Shown: positions 37,793 to 50,381 of the stretch, one piece after another | Layout: each line of letters starts with the position of its first letter | Numbering within the stretch: position 1 is the first letter of the stretch | NCBI GenBank assembly: GCA_051294905.1 | Contig: CM119372.1 | Coordinates: forward strand, 7,318,001 to 7,382,000 | From: Botryllus schlosseri | Taxonomy: Eukaryota | Length of the DNA stretch: 64,000 bases | Direction of reading: 5' to 3' | Made by a program: the position numbers and the translations under genes | The notes under the pieces: generated by a model | Database searches by the model: none | What the model saw: only the letters and a program-made list of their open reading frames with translations | What the model was told of the DNA's origin: nothing

Positions 37793-39300
37793 CAATGTTC
37801 CCTCGAATTTTTCACGAGTCTGCGCAAACACGCCAACTCACTGCGCAGGCCCTTGGACAACTGTGCGCAACCACCCTCCCATAGGATGATAAAACTCACT
37901 TCTGGGGGACTCCACCCCCAAGACCCCCCTCGAGCTATGGCCTTTTTTTCGGTGCTTGTTATCTAAATTGGGTACCCGTTTAGTGTTTGTTGTCGCCTGA
38001 ACGCGCGAAGCGCGAAAAAATTATATAATTAATGATTGCATAGGTCAATATGATCGGGAATTGCATAATTTTTATCCTCTACCTGCTCACATAATCAGAT
38101 TTACCGGTAGAGCTGATCGAGTGAGGTGTGTTGGAATAGACAGGGCCTCTAAAAAATAATAAAAGATCTTCGGGCGTACCCGTGGGTATAATGACTTCGT
38201 TATATGATGCTATTTCGTGACCTTCTATCTGCTATGTCAAAAGATATTGAAATCGCCCAAACGTGGTAAACTAAAAGACGTAAACGATTTCAAATTGGTA
38301 CTTCTTTACTGGAAAATAATGTTCCCTCGATGTGACATTTGTCCTGTTGTTGGAATCGGATCGCCATCGCCACAGGAATATTCGGCGCCAGCCATTTAAC
38401 CACCTATGAACACGGACAATTGAACATATATGTATGTATATATATATATCGAAGTTTTCGGTCAGCACAAGGGCAGTCTTTTTCGGCCAAGGTTTTCTCG
38501 CTGATGATCGGCGCACTTCTCGGAGTCACATGTTACATAGCCTTTAACTTCATATGTTTTGGAGCGTCATGGTGCGGTAATGGCCGACGCCCAAGTACCC
38601 ATTTCTATAAATCATGCGCATTTTTTGTTGGGAAAGGCTACCCAATAATGAGGATATCTTACAATATTAAATCGCGCGTAGCGCGAAAAAAAATTTCGTT
38701 AAAATACCAAATAAATACTCCATGATTTATGTTATTTAACGAAATAATTTTGGGCCCCATTCGAGCTCGGGCCTCCAATTGGCGGGTTTGGGGTGCAGCA
38801 GTTACGGTCCTGAGTAAATCTTACGCAATGTTCATGCCACGCGGAGAAGACTATTCGTTAGTTTATCGCAGATTAACTTCGAGCTAGCCCATTGTTATTT
38901 ATAACTTTTTTAAACCATGTTATTTCGCCATTCCCAGAAAATAATGCGCTATTGAAATGATATCTATATCGCTCACGCGTACGACACCATACTAAAAAAA
39001 ATATCTTCCGTGAAGCGCACGTGACTGTAAATTCTCATTTCTTCACGGAGCGCAATATTTACCTTTGCGGGCCGAACTTGTACCTCGGTTTCCGACTTCA
39101 GTGATAACACTATTTGGCCCTGGCAATGTTCCATCTAATTTTTCACGAGTCTGCGCGCCTGAGTGGTCCATTGGACAACAGTGCGCAACGACTAAAAAAA
39201 CATCACTTCGGATTTTTTGTGCGCAGCTCGGATTTTCTGTGCGCAGAGACCGTTTCAGCACTGCGCATTTGCGCACGTGCGCAGCTTAGAGGGAACATTG
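37793..39300. mobile_element. 1.5-kb non-autonomous hAT-like element, copy 1
   Basis: TIR CAATGTTCCCTC / GAGGGAACATTG, TSD CTGCTGTG/CTGCTATG (7/8), near-identical to 48141-49653. Confidence 0.92.
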
Positions 39301-39379
39301 CTGCTATGCTATGGTCATTGGATACCGAAAAAGCAACGTGTAATTGTAAACTGCAATATGTATTTCTTATACGCAATAC

Positions 39380-39886
39380 CATAGAGGTGGTCAGTATAAC
39401 GAGGTGCTTCTACTTCTTCGGAGTACTCAGGTATGGTTTTGGCTACTTTCTCTACTTGCATAAGTGGTTATAGTTTTTGATTTCTTCCAGTTCTACTTGA
39501 ACAGTTGCTCAGAAAAAAAACTTGCCTTGCGCAATTCGAATACGGAAACTAGAAAGTACCTTCGGGATAAGGGTACTCCACTTTTATGAGTGAAATAGTA
39601 ATGAGAACAGGGTGAAATAGTACTTGTATCACCGTAACTGAATATCTTTTCGAAAGTTGTACCTATTCGTATTATCATTATTCATTATTCGCTGGCCGCG
39701 AGTCCTTTTTGAAACAATACTTACTCGTCTACTTTTCATGCCTTTGCTTTTCTTCATCCACTTGATGCAGTACTGACATGTCTTGGAAGCTGCCATGCAG
39801 TTCTACTTGTAATTGAGTAGGAATTTCTGGCATTGCTTCTATTTCTACTTGAGTCCAAACCAGGCTGGCTAGTTTGACCACCACTG
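39380..39886. mobile_element. Old hAT-like MITE with CTACTT arrays
   Basis: Degenerate ends ..GGTGGTCA / TGACCACCACTG, TSD CGCAATAC/CGCATTAC (7/8). Confidence 0.6.
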
Positions 39887-40903
39887 CGCATTACCAGCAA
39901 CTCAAGAACGCCGCTTAAAAGTAACGTGTAATCATTAATCTTATTTGAAAATTGAATAAATCAGTAACTGCTGCAAGGGTCCTATACTTGTCTTGCTGTC
40001 TTCTGCGATGCTCAGGTTCCGTACAATATGGTTAAGTAGATATTGCTTGTCAACCAAACTGTTACTCTGTTGCGAAATCGTAACCACACATGTTGCTGTT
40101 GTTGGTGTCCAAAGCGATTTTCAAGGTCTTGTGGTTTATAAAGGACTCAACATGTGAATCATAGGCATGTGCTTATGTATCCGGTTGCACGATCTTCCAA
40201 TGAAACCGAAAGAGTGTTGATGTATAAACACTAAACAGTTATGTCGGTAATCATTGGGTATTCGATGGAAACAGAAGCTGACAGTCGAAAAGTCAGTGAT
40301 TATAGGAAAGGATGTAGGATACTGTGCAATCCGATTTTGAGAGAGATTTGTCTCGTAATACCATGATGAACTTGGTCATTCGACCCATTGTTCGTTTAAA
40401 CCAGACATGAGTTCCAATAGAGCAAATATGTCGACTTACGACATACGACTACCGAGTTTTCAACCGATTGGGCGTAAAGCTGCAAGATTGACGTCGTCGC
40501 AGCTATTGACCATGAAATAATGATGTTGGTTTTGCGTGATAGAACTTGATATTTTTTGATATGATCGATCATGCATAAATAGTCATTTCCCAAACCTGTC
40601 GGCTCCATTCGGGCCACTTCTCTGTAATTGGTGCTGCCTTAGCGAGACGGATAGAATAATTAATGGCGTAGTAGACGAGATTCAGCTGCAGCAAACCACA
40701 ATTGTAAGGTCAGGAGGCCGTATATGTCAGACTTGCTGGTTTTAACCTGTGCGAAGATTCGATCAGATTGTAAGAAAGCAAAGGAGGAAAATTTAGTATT
40801 ATGGTTGTGTCTATCTTGGTATTTACAGTTAAATTGTGACTTTGGCGCTTTGCTAATTAATGTCGGAAACGTTTCTCCACGATTGCCATTCGTTCAATTA
40901 GAC

Positions 40904-41793
40904 CAGGGGTTCTAAAAGTATGGGCCGCGAAGTATACATTTAGGTCTACATGAAATTTCTTCGGGCCTCGCGCGATCTCCTGTGGATAGTTTGTCAATGA
41001 CCGAGACCAATGTCACTGTGCTGGGTAATATATTCAATCAGCGAGACACGCAGAAAAGTGGTTACGACAGTCGACAATATGGATTGATCATGAAAATGTG
41101 CCGATCTTTGTATTACACAAATTGGTTTGATGTTATGATGAGATTTATCTGACTTTGGCTTCTCTGGAAAGCTCTCACTTAAGCGGGTAATACTCGGGAA
41201 GGGTAAAGGGGGAAACAGCGGGACCGTAATGCCACACCCCATATTTTTTCAATACATATAATTTATTTTAAAAAATGAATATAACTGTATTCGCAATTGT
41301 GAAAGAACGGTATCTTCCTCGTATAGCACAACGCTGTCGGAGACCGTTGGTACGCTTTAGTCTACGGGACTTTAAGAAGATGGTATTTCGAGGCCGACCC
41401 CTTCCGCTCCAGGGCACTTGAAGACATGAAGTTTTAAACAACACGAGGCTGGTCAAACTGGCGACGATAAAACCTGGGCTCGAAATGACAGTCGTTGCGG
41501 TTAGCCAAAACCTTCGATATTGATATGCTCGGTCGTCAATATGGTCGGCACTGAACAATGCCGTTGGCTCCATAATTTGAAATCACGTGCATCACATGCG
41601 TTTCTTAGAACTGCGTTTCTTAGAACTGCGTTGCGTACGACTGGTTGTCTGCGCCATTTCTATTTCATGTATGACCGCAAAAACGTAGTGTACTGACTTT
41701 AGAAATACATCATTTCGATGAGCGAGGCTTGGGTCGCGAGATGTCAATAAGACTCATATTTGGGTCGCGGTCGAAAAAGTTTAAAAAGCACTG
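40904..41793. mobile_element. Old Buster/Charlie-type MITE
   Basis: Ends CAGGGGTTCTAAAA / TTTAAAAAGCACTG, TSD AATTAGAC/AATAAGAC (7/8), GGGCCGCG/GGGTCGCG subterminal motifs. Confidence 0.65.
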
Positions 41794-42657
41794 AATAAGA
41801 CGGATTTACCATTTCACATGAAAAATGTTTAAAATTGTCGCTAGTTTTGCGCACCGACACTGCAAGGTAAATGGGTTGTAATTTTCATTTCATCAATTTC
41901 GAGGTAAATGAAGAATTTCGTATTATGGCGTATTCCATGACGGTCCATTCTTTTGTAGAATGCCATATATAGTTTTGGCGATGAAATTGTACGCATTGTA
42001 TCATTAGGCTACAGCCACCACCTCAAGGATTCTATCTGCATAGTTCATGTGAGTGTCAGGCTTCCTATATCCCACAGTGAATTGCAAGATCCGTAACTAA
42101 CATACGCATTGCGTAATTTTTACATTCTGCAAACGGCCCACCCAGATAGGTTGGATATTCCGGTCGTATATTCTGGAAGCAGCATTCATTGTATCTGTCT
42201 TCGCGGTCGAGCGAGCGTTTCAGCGCTGTTCATATTCTCTCGAGCAGAGTTGCTTTGCGCTCCAATGGTTTATGCAACTATGGGTATTCTCGTGTATGAA
42301 GGCGGTCTGACTTAATAGTTTTTGCTCGGTGATTGCCGGACGCCGTCAATCATCTATTTCCTGATTTGAACATGGTATCGGGATTAATGATGTAATTTTA
42401 TTTTATCGTGTTTTAAAAAATGAATGAAAAAATCAAATGATGGGAAGGGAATACTCACCTATATTGCATTGCATATTTTAGAAGATGGTTTAGGCTGGCG
42501 GGCATAGCAAGACAGTAGTCTACCACGTGGTTCTATGATCCTGATTGATGATGTTGCAGTTGCCGTTTCTTGTACGTTGCTGTCCCCGCTAGTTCCCACC
42601 TCTCTATAAATGATATTTCGATTATGAACCTGGATTTAGCGGAGGTATACTATAAAC

Positions 42658-42996
42658 TAGGGTTACCATATTTTGAGATCCGACAAAGAGGACAATTTTC
42701 AAAAATTCTGAAAGCTCCATCACCGAAAAATAACACTGCTAATTTTGCAACCTTTTTGACCGATAGTACTGTGTTGACAAAAAACGTCAACACTCTGACT
42801 CGACTCCCGCTCTACCCGTTTTTTTTACGAAACTCTGACGTTCGCTGCGTCGGGGTCGAGTTTTCGATCGCATTTTAATACTTTTTCTAGAAAAAGAGGA
42901 CAAGTTCCCAAACAAGGGGACATTTAGGCGTCCTCCGAGGACACTTTCAATTTACTGAGGAAAGAGACAAAATCACGAGGACATATGGTAACCCTA
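42658..42996. mobile_element. Blackjack-like hAT MITE
   Basis: Perfect TIR TAGGGTTACCATAT / ATATGGTAACCCTA and GAGGAC subterminal motifs. TATAAAC flanks both sides once 43000-43174 is removed. Confidence 0.85.
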
Positions 42997-42999
42997 TAT

Positions 43000-43174
43000 C
43001 AGGGGCGGCCAACCCGTGGCCCGCGAGCTAATAATATAAATCTTGTTTTCAACGTTACCTAATTCGGTTCACTCCTATCGGACGGCTAAAAAAAGGTCAT
43101 CAACATTCAAGTGGCCCGCGCAATGGTTAGTAAATCGTATGTGGTCCTTTGGCCGAAAAGGTTGGCCATCCATG
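43000..43174. mobile_element. 175-bp Buster/Charlie-type MITE inserted at the right end of 42658-42996
   Basis: Ends CAGGGGCGGCCAACC / GGTTGGCCATCCATG, perfect TSD CCCTATAT. Confidence 0.85.
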
Positions 43175-44937
43175 CCCTATATAAACAAGTCGGAATCTTG
43201 AGAATTTCAGTCCAATCGAAGTTGAATTCAGGATCATGTCCAATTCCCACTCCAGATCGCATCGTAACTAACAAATAACAAACCACCAAGAATCTAATAT
43301 CTAATATCACCCAAACCCTATTCGAAAGCAAGCTCCAAATTGTATAAATCCCGCAACTATATTCAAATCCATTTTTCTATAATCCAGATTCCTACAAATT
43401 AATGTCTGGTCGTTGCCACAAGATAACGAAACGTGATAGCACCAGAGAAGTGCTTCCTAACCGGTATTCTATGAAACACTAGGGGTACACTGAACCAGTC
43501 TCAGGGGTTCCCTGGAGGTCAAGTCGCGCACTCAACCCACCAAAATAATTCGTGATGATACGGCCGTATTTGCCATCGCTCGTTGCAGTCAATTAGTCCC
43601 GATCAGTAGTCGAATTGGGGCTGCTATGGTATAGTACGTCGTGTGCAGTGACGCACGCAGGGGATGTTATGATTCGAAATCGATCTGTGCATCGGTCATC
43701 TATATCAATGCATTGGATGTACATAGTGGAATATGACACAGCGCAAATTTGGGGTTCCGCGAAGGATTGCGATTAGCGTAGTATTCCGCAGCTTAATAAA
43801 GTTTAAGAACAACCGCACGGGGTTTTCGAGTTCATAGAATATCGTATAATAAAAAGGTTTGACATAGCTACTAGCAGGACAAGGTATTCGACAGCAAAAA
43901 CACCAAATCAGATGGAGAAGTCGCAGTAGGCCTGTTCAGGGAAGTGTGGGGTTATGTGGACATTGATGGGAAAATAGACCAGTTCCCGTATTGTTAGATT
44001 TTTTGTGGAAAATTTATTTTTGGTATTGGTAACGTTATTCTGATGACTTTAACCGCGAGACTGGAGGGGACTGGAAGACACGAATCAACATTGTGGTTGG
44101 AGGAGTGATTTTGATGATGAGGAGGACCTAGTGGTTATATTTAGTGTGCATGAATTCCCATTGGCGAAATCAGCATAAAAGTGGGTTCATTTCACCTTGT
44201 ACCTACCTGGTCAAGCTGTGGAGATTAGTAGTTCCGTGTGAGAGGACGTCAACTAGCTGACCATCTCCGTGGGTCGTTTGCAAAATGTTGAATTATTGAT
44301 GCTAGATTTCGCGTTGATCACCCAGATACTAACCTTGACGGACTGCAGTGATTGAATAATTGAATATATATGTATATATTAGCATACGCTACATGAGGTT
44401 TTTGTATATTTTGTACTTAAACTTATAGAGACGCCCCCTTATACAATTCTAGCAAAACTGGCACCTCACCTTGTTTCGTTATAAACATTAAACAGAACAG
44501 CAATTCAATTCAAGATGAGTCGGATTAATGCAAATGATGCAGTCCTACCTGTTTCTTTATGCGGAATGTTTATTTTCAGGATTAGTATCATACAATTTAC
44601 ATCTCAGATCGACTTCACATTGAAGTTTGTTACTAAATTTAGGCTCTATGCCCACGAGAGTAGATAAGCCATTTTCGCAAAAGCAGATGAAAATGGAAGA
44701 AGTATGCAGACACACCCACACTCTTGCAAATGCACACATATTTCGCAAAGAACCCGGTCTGTGGCATTAGTTCAAAGTTATTCCTTACAGGAAAATTGCA
44801 TTTTTGCTCCAAGTATTCCTCTTGTAAATTGTCTGGAAGAATTTCTCGAAGAAATTCTTCGTCATCTTTTATTTCGGAAGTCAGGTGTCACCCAAGTGTA
44901 CAAAATACCGTTCCCGTTGAAGTCGGTTTTTCTAGAT

Positions 44938-46496
44938 CAGGGGTTCTCAACCCGCGGCCCGCGGGCCGCATGCGGCCCGCAGACGATGATTTTGCGGCCC
45001 GCGACACCTTTCATTATAAACACAATCATTGCTGACACGGTATTGTAACAAATTAATTTAAATACTTAGCTCTTTTATCGCACCGTCCCTGTTTCGTGTG
45101 ATTACTAATTTTTGAATGCAGTGGTTCTCAAACTGGGAGGCGCGCCCCTTAGGAGCGTGAAAGCCTCTGAAAGGGGTGCGACGCTGCGGTCAACTGAAAA
45201 AAATTTCGCGCTGCGCGCAATTTCTCTTCAGTTCATAGTTATTTCTCTGTGTATAGTCCGAATTTCATATTTGAGAATTCTCTGATCAACAGTCATAACC
45301 TTCCATGCCATCAAACTAGCCGTTTGTATCATTCTGGTTGCATCCTGTTATATGACGATAAGGGGGCACGATATTATTCTCTATCAAAAAGGGGGCGTGT
45401 CTGAAAAAGTTTGAGAGCCACTGCTTTAATGTGCTCTCGTTTCTTGATATATGCTCGACTTCAGATTGTTATTGTTTTGAATCGGTATTCTGCTGGGCTT
45501 TGGTTCAAGAGAATCCCGCTACGTAGTTGGCCTGCAATTATAAAGAGTGTTTGACTCACTGCGAACGGTTGTTGAGATTGCCGACAACGTTATAGACGCA
45601 TCGTTCAAAATCACTTGGAATATCGCTAAATCCTAGAAATCTGCTACAGAAGGTGCGATTTCAATAAGACCTTAACATACTGTGCGAATATTTACTGTTT
45701 CCGGAACCTAGCAGCAAAAACAATATCACTTGACAAATTTCGAAGATACAGTCGTCTGATTCAATCGTGTCCAGACGAGTTACGTCAATGTCAGTCGGTC
45801 GCATGTTCTGAAACACGTTGCCGCGTAGACTGCTTTAACCCAACCTCGGACAAATCCACCAACATTGCAAAACTAATTTTCTGGTTGAATTTCATCAGAG
45901 TGGACCTGGACATATATGCAGAGGAAACGCTGGCTGGACAAACGTGCTGAGGGGGCCAGCGAAAAATATTAACTTGGCAAAGCTAACTCTGTAACTGTTG
46001 ATGTAGGGCCCCAGGCATGGAAGGAAAAGAGAATGGTTGATTGGTTTGCTCAGAAATGGCCCCGAACGCCAGACTTCCTCTCATATCACTCAGAGCTCAG
46101 TCTGATAATGGCCTCTGTAACGCAAAAGTTACCGTAATTTTATAATTGCTCACTCAAGCATTGAAACAGAGAGTTCGGTTCTCTGGTGGAAGGGTTTTAA
46201 GTTGCATATACCGACTTGGCAATGAATGCAATGCACGCTGCATGAAGGGATTTAATTGCGGCGCTAGAAGATATATATTCTCACAATAAGCAGCAGCTGC
46301 AAACTTACGAACGCTGTCCATTGATGCTTTATAATGCATAAAAATGTACTAAATGCCCGTATACGAGGGGTAAATAGGCTACAGTAGCCTAAATTTAATT
46401 GTAGCCCACAAATACACGGTAATATTGTTCTGCGGCCCGCAGCGTCTTTTGCTGTTGAAATGCGGCCCGTTACACAAGAGAAGTTGAGAACCCCTG
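44938..46496 (+). mobile_element. Second copy of the 34045-35542 family
   Basis: TIR CAGGGGTTCTCAAC, perfect TSD TTCTAGAT, collinear internal homology. Confidence 0.9.
45119..45423. mobile_element. ~300-bp MITE nested in 44938-46496
   Basis: TIR CAGTGGTTCTCAAAC / GTTTGAGAGCCACTG, imperfect TSD TTTGAATG/CTTTAATG. Same family as 46674-46931. Confidence 0.8.
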
Positions 46497-46673
46497 TTCT
46501 AGATAGTATCAACGTAGCCAAATGAGACTGCATGGCTTTCCTCTTGAACTCAACGATGCCACAGTTCCAGCTTTGCCATGAGAGTACAGATGACATCACA
46601 GTCTTATATGCTGTATTTATTCTATCATTTCATACATTCAAATTAGCATATTACCTTTTGACAACAACCAAAC

Positions 46674-46931
46674 CAGTGGTTCCCAACCTGGGGGCGCGAA
46701 GAAGCAGCCAACTGAAAAAAATTTCCCTCCAATCCACGCATGTTTCTCTATATATAGACTGAATTTCATATTGTTTAATTCTCTCATGAACATCATAACC
46801 TTCCATGCCGTCAAACAATCTGTTGGGGTTGCTAGCATCCCGGTTGGATTTTGTGATATGACGATAAGGGGGCGCGAAATTTTTCACTATCATAAAGGGG
46901 GGCGTGTCTAGAAAAAGGTTGAGAACCACTG
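46674..46931. mobile_element. ~260-bp MITE
   Basis: TIR CAGTGGTTCCCAACC / GGTTGAGAACCACTG, TSD AACCAAAC/CACCAAAC (7/8). Confidence 0.85.
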
Positions 46932-48140
46932 CACCAAACGGTTGTATGAGACAGCGGACATTGACAATGACATCTTTATCAAGTCAAACTTCAGACACTT
47001 CCGATATTTAAATTCTCAGATGCTACAAAGCAGGTGCGTGAAACCGCTTTCACAAACGGATATAGATATATATAATGCAGCGCAACCGCTGGTCACTGCA
47101 GGGTTCATAACCTCGAATTGGTAACGATGATGCTGAGCGATATGAATACAGTACGATATCTATCGAAATTTCAACGATCTACACTTGTTTCAGTCGTATA
47201 AACAAGCACATACGCTGGATTACCAAGTAAAAGTAAATTCTTTTAAGCGAATTTTCTTCTCTTGTAAGTGTGCCGCGAAGATCGTACAAATTTTCTAGCG
47301 TACCACAAGCTGAAGAGGTTTGGGAACCCCTGGATTACATCGCTACTATACAACAGCAGAACAATCATTGACAATCACGTGTCTTACATTCAAGATGCAA
47401 TGTTTTGGTATATCTTCCTTTGCGCTTACGGATATCCAATGTCTTTGTATACCCACAACAAGAGTTATGAATAGACGACAGTGTTTTCATCCGCGAGAGA
47501 TCACTAAGCCAAACCGCAGTAATCGCATTCACAAATCTATAACATATTGTTACTGTAAAGTTTGAACGTTTTCAGAAATTACAGCCTAAGCCATCAATAG
47601 ATTATAAGGCTGCGCGCCGCGCTGACAATTTCAGATCAGAGAGATCAGAGAGAAATCTAGTATCAATAATAATATAACATTTAGCAACAAGCGACTCAGC
47701 TGACTAAATGACACCAACCTACCCTCCTCTACAGTCAAGCCCTTTAAGGTACAACGTGAAATGAAGATACGTTCAATTGTTTATGTTGATTTAACGAATA
47801 GGATGTCCGGCTAACTACATATAACCATGAGAATCACGCCTCCATTTGTGTCTAAGAGGGGTTTCCCCTCCAGCCTCGCTCTCCGATTTATCAGGCTAAT
47901 GTTATCAACAGCAGACGAACCATTCCTCATGAAATCCAACTATGAGTGAACGAACAGATCATATTTCTGAGCAACATCGACACAATGAGTCCAATCCCCT
48001 GAGCTGACACAGCGTGATTTCTCGCTTTGACGCGAATTTTCGCGAGGCCGAACGGCGAACCCCTTTGACTAACATTAGTAGCAGTGTCAAACCATTTTAG
48101 CATACGATATATGAACACACAACAGTGAACACCCCGTATG

Positions 48141-49653
48141 CAATGTTCCCTCTAATTTTTCACGAGTTTGCGCAAACACGCCAACTCACTGCGCTGGCCC
48201 TTGGACAACTGTGCGCAACCACCCTCCCATAGGATGATAAAACTAACTTCTGGGGGACTCCACCCCCTAGACCCCCCTCGAGCTATGGCCTTTTTTCGGT
48301 GCTTGTTATCTAAATTGGGTACCCGCTTAGTGTTTGTTGTCGCCTGAATGCGCGAAGCGCGAAAAAATTATATAATTAATGATTGCATAGGTCAATATGA
48401 TCGGGAATTGCATAATTTTTATCCTCTACCTGCTCACATAATCAGATTTACCGGTAGAGCTGATCGAGTGAGGTGTGTTGGAATAGACAGGGCCTCTAAA
48501 ACATAATAAAAGATCTTCGGGCGTACCCGTGGGTATAATGACTTCGTTATATGATGCTATTTCGTGACCTTCTATCTGCTATGTCAAAAGATATTGAAAT
48601 CGCCCAAACGTGGTAAACTAAAAGACGTAAACGATTTCAAATTGGTACTTCTTTACTGGAAAATAATGTTCCCTCGATGTGACATTTGTCCTGTTGTTGG
48701 AATCGGATCGCCATCGCCACAGGAATATTCGGCGCCAGCCATTTAGCCACCTATGAACACGGACAATTGAACATATACGTATGTATATATATATATCGAA
48801 GTTTTCGGTCAGCATCAAGGGCAGTCTTTTTCGGCCAAGGTTTTCTCGCTGATGATCGTTCTGGCGCACTTCTCGGAGTCACATGTTACATGATAGCCTT
48901 TAACTTCATATGTTTTGGAGCGTCATGGTGCGGTAATGGCCGACGCTCAAGTACCCATTTCTATAAATCATGCGCATTTTTTGTTGGGAAAGGCTACCCA
49001 ATAATGAGGATATCTTACAATATTAAATCGCGCGTAGCGCGAAAAAAAATTTCGGAAAAATACCAAATAAATACTCCATGATTTATGTTATTTAACGAAA
49101 TAATTTTGGGCCCCATTCGAGCTCGGGCCTCCAATTGGCGGGTTTGGGGTGCAGCAGTTACGGTCCTGAGTAAATCTTACGCAATGTTCATGCCACGCGG
49201 AGAAGACTATTCGTTAGTTTATCGCAGATTAACTTCGAGCTAGCCCATTGTTATTTATAACTTTTTTAAACCATGTTATTTCGCCATTCCCAGAAAATAA
49301 TGCGCTATTGAAATGATATCTATATCGCTCACGCGTACGACACCATACTAAAAAAATATCTTCCGTGAAGCACACGTGACTGTAAATTCTCATTTCTTCA
49401 CGGAGCGCAATATTTACCTTTGCGGGCCGAACTTGTACCTCGGTTTCCGACTTCAGTGATAACACTATTTGGCCCTGGCAATGTTCCATCTAATTTTTCA
49501 CGAGTCTGCGCGCCTGCGTGGTCCATTGGACAACAGTGCGCAACGACTAAAAACATCACTTCGGATTTTTTGTGCGCAGCTCGGATTTTCTGTGCGCAGA
49601 TACCGTTTCAGCACTGCGCATTTGCGCACGTGCGCAGCTTAGAGGGAACATTG
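48141..49653. mobile_element. 1.5-kb non-autonomous hAT-like element, copy 2
   Basis: TIR CAATGTTCCCTCTAA / TTAGAGGGAACATTG, perfect TSD CCCGTATG. Confidence 0.95.
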
Positions 49654-49794
49654 CCCGTATGCTTTCGGGCCATAGAGCGATTTCGCGATTTCACTTTATC
49701 GTTTGCGTGCTCGTGTCGTAAACAACGCCGCGATGGAGTATTTTTACTGATATTACCGCGATATGCCAGCATTTATGTCAAGTTATGTTTATAT

Positions 49795-50358
49795 TAGAGG
49801 TCGACCGATATCGCTTTTTACATGCTGATACCGATACCGATATATCGGTTCACTCACAAGGCCGATACCGATATCATAGGCCGATATTAATATGGAAGGA
49901 GCAGAGAACAATTTCACCAAAAATATTGTATATTAGGCAAGATGGCACTTGTAGATGCCACAGAAAGCTGAACAACAAACGAGAAAACTGAAATTGAAAA
50001 GAATTATTGCTTAATCGTGCACATTCGATGAAATTTGGGATAACCCAAAAAGCTAAATATGATACAGAACCGCAGATCAGTCCAGAAAAGGTGGATTGTA
50101 ATGCAGGAAGCATAGTTTCTCTGCATGCTCACCCAGCTAAACTCGTCCTGCAAGGGTAGATCTGTCATATATCGCCCTTTGCGTCGTCGATTTCTTGAGA
50201 TTGAGAACACGGAGCATTGAATTTCCGAAATTTTTGAATTTTTTTTAAATATAAAATATCGGCCGCGATATTGGCCTTCATAGGCCGATATCGATAATCG
50301 GGAAAGCTCTAAATATCGGCCTCGATAATCGGCCATGTCGATAATCGGTCGACCTCTA
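49795..50358. mobile_element. Ac-type hAT MITE with CCGATA arrays
   Basis: TIR TAGAGGTCGACCGAT / ATCGGTCGACCTCTA, perfect TSD GTTTATAT. Confidence 0.95.
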
Positions 50359-50381
50359 GTTTATATATTCGTCGTCTAAAC

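Noticed and set aside
38339..38725. 128/131-aa ORFs (also 48686-49081) as duplicated genes
   Set aside because: They lie inside a TSD-flanked MITE, indels between the copies shift the frame, and no domain is recognisable.
44170..44390. SINE/LINE 3'-end-like segments (also ~9540-9615, ~42300-42440, ~61420-61675)
   Set aside because: Short tandem tails are suggestive, but no second copy, TSD or RT homology is visible in the window.
37793..49653. Two 1.5-kb direct repeats as LTRs of a retroelement
   Set aside because: Each copy has its own TIRs and its own 8-bp TSD, there are no TG...CA ends, and no gag/pol lies between them.
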